Source: Candidatus Latescibacterota bacterium (lineage in GTDB: Bacteria; Latescibacterota; UBA2968; UBA8231). Taken from it: DNA of 64,000 nucleotides. The position numbers and the translations under genes were made by a program. Location of the stretch: the NCBI GenBank assembly GCA_965248265.1, contig CBDFJF010000001.1, forward strand, positions 1,792,001 to 1,856,000, read 5' to 3'. The notes under the pieces are model-generated. The model searched no databases and had not been told where the DNA came from. It saw only the letters and a program-made list of their open reading frames with translations. This document shows, piece by piece, positions 57,577 through 64,000 of the stretch (position 1 is the stretch's first letter; each line of letters opens with the position of its first letter).

Positions 57577-58689
57577 TTGAGAATTACCAATGTCAGCGCC
57601 ATCGTCCTGCGCCTCCCAGAGGTTACGGCAGCTTGTGATGGCACCCAGGATACCTGCCTGCTCAAGGTCGAGACGGACGCCGGAATTACGGGGTGGGGCG
57701 AGGTGGATTCGGCACCGACGGTTGTCAAGGCCATCGTTGAGGCACCGCTATCCCATCTAATCTCCAACGGGTTGGCCAACGCTCTGATCGGCGAGAACCC
57801 GCTTGCCGTGGAAGCCTGCATGGCCCGCATGTGGGAGGCGGTCAACTACTATGGACGCTCCGGTGTGGGTACGCATGCCATGGCCGGCATCAACCTGGCG
57901 CTGTGGGATATCGCCGGCAAGGCCTACGGATGCCCGGTCTACGAACTGTTCGGGGGACCCTTCGAGACCCGCTTCAGAGCCTACTGCTCCATCCTTTTCG
58001 GTGACACGCCGGCGCAGACCTACGAGTTGGCACGCCAATTCAGCGACAACTTCACTGCGATAAAGTTCGGCTGGGGGCCGATGGGGAGTATGGATGAGTC
58101 CCTTGATGTCGACCTGGTGCGGCAGGCGCGACGGGGTGCCGGCGATGAGGTCGACATCCTCATCGATGCAGGCCAGGTTTGGGACTGGAAGACCGCACTG
58201 AAGCGCGCTGAGGCCTTCGCCGAGTTCCGCCCCTTCTGGCTGGAGGAACCCCTGCAGCCCAACGACGTGTCCGGATACGCCCGGCTGTCCCAAGCCAGTC
58301 CGGTGCCGATCGCGGCGGGTGAGGCGGAATCCCTTTATGGTGATTTCGAACACCTGATCGTTGATGGTGAGATAGACTGGGTGCAGCCTGATCCAGCTCG
58401 TTGCGGCATCTCAACCATGGTGGAGGTCGGGCGTCTGGCCACACGTCAGCATACCCGATTCGTCAATCACAGCTTCAAATCCGGCATCACCATCGCCGCT
58501 TCGCTGCATGCCCTGGCGGCCGTTCCCGGTGGTGAGATGTTCGAGTTCTGCATGTCCGACTCACCGCTGCGTCACGAACTCACTCGCGAGTGCTTCGAGG
58601 TGAAGGATGGCTTCGTCCATGTCCCTGAGGGGCTTGGACTCGGCATCACCGTCAACGAAGAGGTCGTCGAGCGCTATTCAGTCGACTGA
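57577..58689 (+). CDS. Mandelate racemase/muconate lactonizing enzyme family protein
   Basis: VETDAGITGWGE, ALWDIAGKA, AIKFG, LIDAG, WLEEP, AAGE, QPD, GLG. Confidence 0.9.
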   Translation: MRITNVSAIVLRLPEVTAACDGTQDTCLLKVETDAGITGWGEVDSAPTVVKAIVEAPLSHLISNGLANALIGENPLAVEACMARMWEAVNYYGRSGVGTHAMAGINLALWDIAGKAYGCPVYELFGGPFETRFRAYCSILFGDTPAQTYELARQFSDNFTAIKFGWGPMGSMDESLDVDLVRQARRGAGDEVDILIDAGQVWDWKTALKRAEAFAEFRPFWLEEPLQPNDVSGYARLSQASPVPIAAGEAESLYGDFEHLIVDGEIDWVQPDPARCGISTMVEVGRLATRQHTRFVNHSFKSGITIAASLHALAAVPGGEMFEFCMSDSPLRHELTRECFEVKDGFVHVPEGLGLGITVNEEVVERYSVD

Positions 58690-58853
58690 AAAGCCACCCG
58701 TTCCAGCCTCCCGTCCGTCATTACCAGCCTTATCGCCTGACCCATCCTCTCCGTTCGTGCTGTTTTTTGTTGCAAAATGGATCATTAGACTGCTTCATAC
58801 GTAGTGAACAGGGTGTTTTTTTGTGCAAATCGACCATTTTATTCTAAAGTTCA

Positions 58854-58882
58854 TTGCCATTGTGCCGTTTATAACATATAAT
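58854..58882 (+). promoter_or_regulatory. Sigma70 promoter of ilvBN
   Basis: TTGCCA (58854-58859), 17-nt spacer, TATAAT (58877-58882) in an AT-rich region. Confidence 0.75.
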
Positions 58883-58950
58883 TGACATATTCAAGAAAAT
58901 CTACGCTTTTAAAGTGACACTTTTACACCAAACAAGCTCTTTTCCACGCC

Positions 58951-58978
58951 TGACGAATAGAACATGACGAATAGAACA
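58951..58978 (+). repeat. Perfect 14-bp tandem duplication in the ilvB leader
   Basis: TGACGAATAGAACA twice in a row. Confidence 0.95.
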
Positions 58979-58997
58979 GTGGAGAAGAGGAGGGAGA

Positions 58998-60713
58998 ATG
59001 TGGGTACCAATGAGAGGAGCTGATCTGGTCATAAAGGCGCTGGAACGGCACGGCGTGGAGTATGTCTTTGGCCTTCCCGGCGGGGCGGCGATGCCCATTT
59101 TTGACGCCCTCGTTGACTCAGACAAACTGAAACTCGTCTTGACCCGGCACGAGCAGGGTGCCACCCACATGGCAGACGGCTACGCTCGAGCCACCGGGAA
59201 GCCCGGCGTCGTCCTCGTCACATCAGGGCCTGGCGCGACCAACACGATCACCGGGATTTTGACGGCTCAAATGGACTCCGTTCCGATGATCGTGCTTACC
59301 GGACAGACCATCACACCCATGTTGGGTAAAGACGCCTTCCAGGAGGCTGATGTCTTCGGGGTCTCCATGCCAGTAGTCAAGCATTCATACCTGATCAAGA
59401 ACGCGGCCGACGTCCCGCGAGTCATGATGGAGGCCTTCCATATCGCGACAACCGGACGACAGGGGCCCGTTCTCGTCGACCTGCCCAAGGATGTTACCCA
59501 GGACGAGTGTGTCGCCGAATTCCCCGAAAAGGTCTACTTGCCCGGCTACCATCCGGTGTCCAAAGCCAATCCCGAACGACTGAGGGAAGCCGCGCAGTTA
59601 TTGAGCAAAAGCCGCCGCCCGCTGCTGTACCTGGGAGGAGGATGTATCGCTGCCGGCGCCCACGAGGCGGCGCTTGCCTTCGCCGAGAAAACCCGCATGC
59701 CGGTGACGAACACGCTGCTTGGGAAGGGCTCCTTCCCGGAACAGCATGAACTCTCCGTGGGCATGCTGGGAATGCACGGCACCGCCTACGCCAACAAGAC
59801 GGTGGTCGGTTGCGATCTCATCATGTCGGTTGGCGGCCGCTGGGATGATCGCATCACCGGCAAGCTCTCTGAGTTCTGCTCTGACGCGGTCAAGATCCAC
59901 GTCGACATTGACCCTGCCGAGTACAACAAAGTGGTCATGCCCGATGTGTTCATCCAGGGTGATGCGCTGGAAGTTCTGGAAGAGCTTATCAATTTCGTCG
60001 AGCCCCTGGACACCAGCGACTGGTTGGAGCAAATCGATGAGTGGCGCACCAAGTTCCCGCTCAAATACGGCCGCAAGGGTGGCTTGAAGATGCAGGCGGT
60101 CTTCGACCGGCTCTACCATCTCACCGAGGGTAAGGCCATCGTCACCACCGATGTCGGGCAACACCAGATGTGGGCGGCGCAGTTCTACAAGACCGCCTAC
60201 CACAGGCAGTGGCTCTCCTCAGGGGGGGCTGGAAGCATGGGCTACGGATTCCCCGCCGCCATCGGCGCCCAGCTCGGATGCCCGGACAAGACCGTCATCG
60301 CCATCGCCGGAGACGGCGGCTTTCAGATGACCCTGTGCGAACTGTCCACGGCCGTTCTCGAAAAATTGCCGGTGAAGATCCTGGTAATGGACAACCGCTT
60401 TCTGGGGATGGTCCGGCAGTGGCAGAATCTGTTTTATGACAATCGACTCTCGGGTGTCGATTTGGATGGCAATCCCGACTTCGTGAAGCTGGCCGAATCC
60501 TACGGCGTCAAAGGGTTTCAACTGAAGCGCACTGCTGATATCGACAAGGTCCTCACTCGCATGCTGGAGTGGAATGAGGGACCCTGCCTCGTCCATGCGC
60601 ATTGCGAGAAAGAAGACAATGTTTATCCGATGATACCGGCTGGTGCCGCAGTCAGCGAAATGCTCATTGAGGCACCCAAACGCACGCTGGCCAAACCGAC
60701 GGGGAGTACATGA
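58998..60713 (+). CDS. ilvB: Acetolactate synthase large subunit
   Basis: [68 protein letters not shown]. Confidence 0.96.
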   Translation: MWVPMRGADLVIKALERHGVEYVFGLPGGAAMPIFDALVDSDKLKLVLTRHEQGATHMADGYARATGKPGVVLVTSGPGATNTITGILTAQMDSVPMIVLTGQTITPMLGKDAFQEADVFGVSMPVVKHSYLIKNAADVPRVMMEAFHIATTGRQGPVLVDLPKDVTQDECVAEFPEKVYLPGYHPVSKANPERLREAAQLLSKSRRPLLYLGGGCIAAGAHEAALAFAEKTRMPVTNTLLGKGSFPEQHELSVGMLGMHGTAYANKTVVGCDLIMSVGGRWDDRITGKLSEFCSDAVKIHVDIDPAEYNKVVMPDVFIQGDALEVLEELINFVEPLDTSDWLEQIDEWRTKFPLKYGRKGGLKMQAVFDRLYHLTEGKAIVTTDVGQHQMWAAQFYKTAYHRQWLSSGGAGSMGYGFPAAIGAQLGCPDKTVIAIAGDGGFQMTLCELSTAVLEKLPVKILVMDNRFLGMVRQWQNLFYDNRLSGVDLDGNPDFVKLAESYGVKGFQLKRTADIDKVLTRMLEWNEGPCLVHAHCEKEDNVYPMIPAGAAVSEMLIEAPKRTLAKPTGST

Positions 60714-61279
60714 TGGCCGACAACAATGGTAGCCCGGGCACCCCGCCAGCCACCGCCGTGGAGCTCGAAGGCATTCCGGCGGCTACACCGACGAAGCGGA
60801 CGACCATAGGGCTATTGGTGAACGACCAGCCCGGCGTATTGATGCGCATCAGCCAGGTGTTCGCCCGCAGGGGCTATAACATCGAGTCCCTCGTCGTCTC
60901 ACCCGCCCATTTGACCAATTCCTCGCGCATGACGATCACCTGCTCCGGCCCGGAGGATGTCCTCCACCAGATCATCCTTCAACTGGACAAGCTGGTCGAC
61001 GTCGTCCACGCCAAGGATCACACCGATGATCAGGCGGTAACGCGTGAACTGGCCATGTTCAAGGTGGGTTGCACATTCAATGAGCGTTCGGAGATTCTGC
61101 AGATTACCGAAGTGTTTCGCGGTAAGACCGTTGATATTTCCGACGAGACGATCACGATCGAGGCCACCGGTACCAGTGACAAGATGGACGCCCTGGAGCA
61201 GTTATTCAGTAAATTCGACCTGCGCGAGATGGTGCGCACGGGCAAGGTGGTGATGGCCCGGGGTGGTGACACCACTTGA
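60710..61279 (+). CDS. ilvN: Acetolactate synthase small (regulatory) subunit
   Basis: [52 protein letters not shown]; ATGA coupling. Confidence 0.95.
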   Translation: MMADNNGSPGTPPATAVELEGIPAATPTKRTTIGLLVNDQPGVLMRISQVFARRGYNIESLVVSPAHLTNSSRMTITCSGPEDVLHQIILQLDKLVDVVHAKDHTDDQAVTRELAMFKVGCTFNERSEILQITEVFRGKTVDISDETITIEATGTSDKMDALEQLFSKFDLREMVRTGKVVMARGGDTT

Positions 61280-61287
61280 TGTGAATG

Positions 61288-61328
61288 ACGGGACGGCGCG
61301 GCCGCACATGACGGCCGCGCCGTCCCGT
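61288..61328. terminator. GC-rich hairpin between convergent ilvN and the receptor gene
   Basis: Perfect 17-bp inverted repeat ACGGGACGGCGCGGCCG-N7-CGGCCGCGCCGTCCCGT; no clear U-tract. Confidence 0.65.
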
Positions 61329-61330
61329 TG

Positions 61331-64000
61331 TCAGAACGTCAGACCCAGTTGGGCGTAGGTCATTCTGCCGATCTCCGGAGCCCCCACGAAGGACCGGTAC
61401 TTATTGTCCAACAGGTTGTCGATGCTGACAGTGAGAGATAGTCCCTCGCCGTAGGGAATGTCGTACACGCCGCTGGCATCGACGACGGTGTGGGAATCCA
61501 CGTCCCCCTCGAACACCCCCGACCTCATGCGGAAGGATCCGGCATAGCGAGCCTGTCCTCTCAGCCGCAGGCTCCACTCGGGAATTCGGTAGGTCCCTCC
61601 CAGTTTGAGCTTGTGCTGCGGAGCGTTCAGAGCCACATCGGCGATGCCACCCAGATTCTCGAAGAAACTGTCGTCAACGTACGAGTAGTTGCCTGTCAGG
61701 CTCCAGACTTCACTCGGATAGAAGCCGGCGCTCAAATCGAGGCCGTAGAGCGTGACGTCGCCGAAATTTCGGTAGGTGACGATCACATCGTCGTCGTCGT
61801 AGGCCTGCAGCGGAGACACGGTCCCGTACGGTATGCCGGCCGCTCCTGGCCTGGCTTCCCCCCCGATCTCGGCTCCATTCGTGAAGATCTGCGCCAGCTC
61901 CGGTACTGGATCGCCATCACCATTTCCACCCAAACCCAGAAGCGGATTGTCCACCTGCGCCAGCACGGCCGCGAGCTCGGCGAAATTCGCGTCCTGCATG
62001 TTTTCGGCGAACGCTTCAGTCAAAGCGGCGTTCAATAGCGTCGCATCGAGGAAGACGTTCGGCGTCTCAATCGCGAGAGGTCCTACGAAGTCTTCTCTCT
62101 CCGTGCGGTAGACGTCGGCCGCCACCACCAGATTGCCGCCGATGATGCCCTTGTACCCAACCTCCAGTGTCTGCGTCGTCGTCGGCTTTGTCCGCGGCAC
62201 GTTGACGACGTCATCGGTGGCGTCGAATCCGCGGGTCTCCTGATTGAGCTTCCTCATGTCTAACCCCAGACTGGGCAGCGTCGTCGGCACGAATGCATCC
62301 AAGCCAGGGCCAATGGCGGCCACTTGTTCATCCGTCAAGCCCAACGCCGGCCCGAGCCCTTGAAGGGCGGGCACCACCCCGTTGATTACTGCTCCACGCC
62401 CCACGCTCCACAGAACGCCAGTAGCCAGTGGATCAGCCAGGGCGATGTACCCTTCATCATCCATCGAATACCCCGTGTCGCCTGGCTCCAGTCCCCTTCC
62501 CTGCAGCGCTGCTGCGATGACGGGAGCAAACGGTGTTCGGAACATCGGCCTGCCGTCAGCGCTGCGCTTGAAGGTGAAGCCTTCATCGAATCCATCACGG
62601 TAGGTGCCTTGTGCGCGGATATCGATGGGGCCGACACCCAGGCTGCTGAAACTGGAAGCGATCGTATAGGGATCCGACTGCGCCCGCCGATCCAAATAGA
62701 GCTCCGTCGTCGTCGGGGTGGCGAATGCCCGGTTGTAGGTCAGGCGTACGGTCTGGTTTTCCTGCGGCGAATAGACCAGACCAGCGCGAGGCGACAGGAC
62801 GCCGTCTTCGATACGGTTGTGGTCGTCGTAGCGCAAGGCGAGAACAAGATCCAGATCCGGCGTCAGGTCCGTTTCGCTCTGCAGATAGACTCCGTACTCG
62901 TTGATGTCATCATCGTTCTCGTTCTGGCCGTTGATGGTACCCTTGGTGTCCGGCCGCGTCAGCAACAGGTCAGCACCGTAGGTGAAGCGCTGCCGTGGGT
63001 TCAGCTGGGTCACATGCTGCACCTGAAACACATCCAGACTGGATTTGTCCCGGATCGGATCGCCGGTGGCCAACACGAAGGTATCGCCGGCATCGTTCCA
63101 ATTTCGATAGTACTGAAGGAACAGCTCGCGGTAGATGACACGGGCCTGGGCGTAGTTGTAGTTCCAATCGATTACCTGACCCGACCCTAGACCGGTCATT
63201 TCGATGTGGTCACCCAGATTGTACCCGTATGTCAGTATGCCGGTGAGGTCTTCGTTCGGCCTGAAATCGATACGCGCCTCCAACCCCTGACGCTCAATGT
63301 CGTAGTCGCGGGCCTTGAGCGCCGGATCGGCGGCTCGCGCACTGACCTCCACGGGATCGTCGTATTTCCAATCCGTGCCGGTGTAGTACTGGCCGGAAAT
63401 CTTGTAGGCGATGTGCGGGCTCGCGGAACCGGCATGGCGGAAAGCCGTCTTTCGCAGACTGCGCTCGCCCAAACCCATCTGCACCGTGGTTCCGGCGGAA
63501 TTGAATGGCGAGGTCGTAATCACGTGCATGACACCGTTGGCACTGTTGGGACCGTAGAGGGCAGAGCCGGGACCGAGGACGACCTCGATGCGCTCGACGT
63601 CTTCATTGATGATCGGCACGAAGTTATAGGCGTTGAGCCGCAGTGATGGAACACGAGCGATGCGGTTGTCCGTCATCGCCATCAGCGCCCCTGAGAATAC
63701 GTTGTTGAAACCGCGCACGACGACGTTGCTCTGAACCAATCCCGTCTGGGAGAAGTCGACTCCCGGCAAATCACGTACGTGGTCGGAGATGGTCAGCGCT
63801 GGATTGTCCAAGACGGTCTCGCCTTCGACCGTGGCGATGGAAGCGGGTGCATCGAGTGCTTTTTCGCGGGTGCGCGATGCCGTGACGACATTGCGTTCCA
63901 GGTAAAGAGCCGCTGGCTCCAGCACGACGTTCAAGGTAAGGGCGAAGTCACCCGCGCCAAGATCGATTTCGGATGAGTAGCTGCGAAAACCGATATGGCT
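61331..64000 (-). CDS. TonB-dependent receptor, 5' end outside the window
   Basis: Frame open to 64000 (SHIGFRSY..., carboxypeptidase-like domain); VVTASR, LPGVD, VRGFN, ERIEVVLGPGSALYG.NSANGV, NLLDNKY, terminal GLTF. Confidence 0.93.
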   Translation of the reverse strand, partial: SHIGFRSYSSEIDLGAGDFALTLNVVLEPAALYLERNVVTASRTREKALDAPASIATVEGETVLDNPALTISDHVRDLPGVDFSQTGLVQSNVVVRGFNNVFSGALMAMTDNRIARVPSLRLNAYNFVPIINEDVERIEVVLGPGSALYGPNSANGVMHVITTSPFNSAGTTVQMGLGERSLRKTAFRHAGSASPHIAYKISGQYYTGTDWKYDDPVEVSARAADPALKARDYDIERQGLEARIDFRPNEDLTGILTYGYNLGDHIEMTGLGSGQVIDWNYNYAQARVIYRELFLQYYRNWNDAGDTFVLATGDPIRDKSSLDVFQVQHVTQLNPRQRFTYGADLLLTRPDTKGTINGQNENDDDINEYGVYLQSETDLTPDLDLVLALRYDDHNRIEDGVLSPRAGLVYSPQENQTVRLTYNRAFATPTTTELYLDRRAQSDPYTIASSFSSLGVGPIDIRAQGTYRDGFDEGFTFKRSADGRPMFRTPFAPVIAAALQGRGLEPGDTGYSMDDEGYIALADPLATGVLWSVGRGAVINGVVPALQGLGPALGLTDEQVAAIGPGLDAFVPTTLPSLGLDMRKLNQETRGFDATDDVVNVPRTKPTTTQTLEVGYKGIIGGNLVVAADVYRTEREDFVGPLAIETPNVFLDATLLNAALTEAFAENMQDANFAELAAVLAQVDNPLLGLGGNGDGDPVPELAQIFTNGAEIGGEARPGAAGIPYGTVSPLQAYDDDDVIVTYRNFGDVTLYGLDLSAGFYPSEVWSLTGNYSYVDDSFFENLGGIADVALNAPQHKLKLGGTYRIPEWSLRLRGQARYAGSFRMRSGVFEGDVDSHTVVDASGVYDIPYGEGLSLTVSIDNLLDNKYRSFVGAPEIGRMTYAQLGLTF

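Noticed and set aside
61331-64000. TonB-dependent receptor as the partner of the exbBD pair at 20.7-21.8 kb
   Set aside because: It is 40 kb away, and the adjacent TonB-like protein lacks a recognisable TonB_C domain. Not excluded, but unsupported.

Overview
GC-rich (roughly 60% by eye), gene-dense bacterial chromosome segment. I found no rRNA, tRNA, CRISPR array or intact mobile element. Gene content (PhyH dioxygenases, enolase-family dehydratases, Gfo/Idh/MocA, FlgD-Ig-tailed and (S/T)WGxIK-tailed exported proteins) suggests an FCB-group candidate lineage such as Latescibacterota; this is inference only. The left third holds carbohydrate/redox genes, a GH32 pseudogene with an internal deletion, and a circularly permuted TrxB-like flavoprotein fused to a membrane polyferredoxin. 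The centre (about 19.3-42.5 kb, minus strand) is a co-oriented 13-gene cluster that looks like a non-canonical type IX-like secretion/surface-display system. It has three paralogous large proteins with FxPNxDxxND + FlgD-Ig C-terminal domains, two CBM9-like proteins ending in a SWGRIKAS tail, a large putative beta-barrel, a parvulin chaperone, a lipoprotein, a PorV/PorP-like barrel, a 1080-aa TPR protein, ExbB, ExbD, and a TonB-like (SxxxH) membrane protein whose C-terminal domain is DUF4159-like. The right part has envelope and housekeeping genes (larA with a 7x15-bp expansion, galU, acyl-CoA ligase, FapA-like, ilvBN, a TonB-dependent receptor). Short tandem duplications and a few single-base frameshifts recur. 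All family calls come from motif recognition; no database searches were run.
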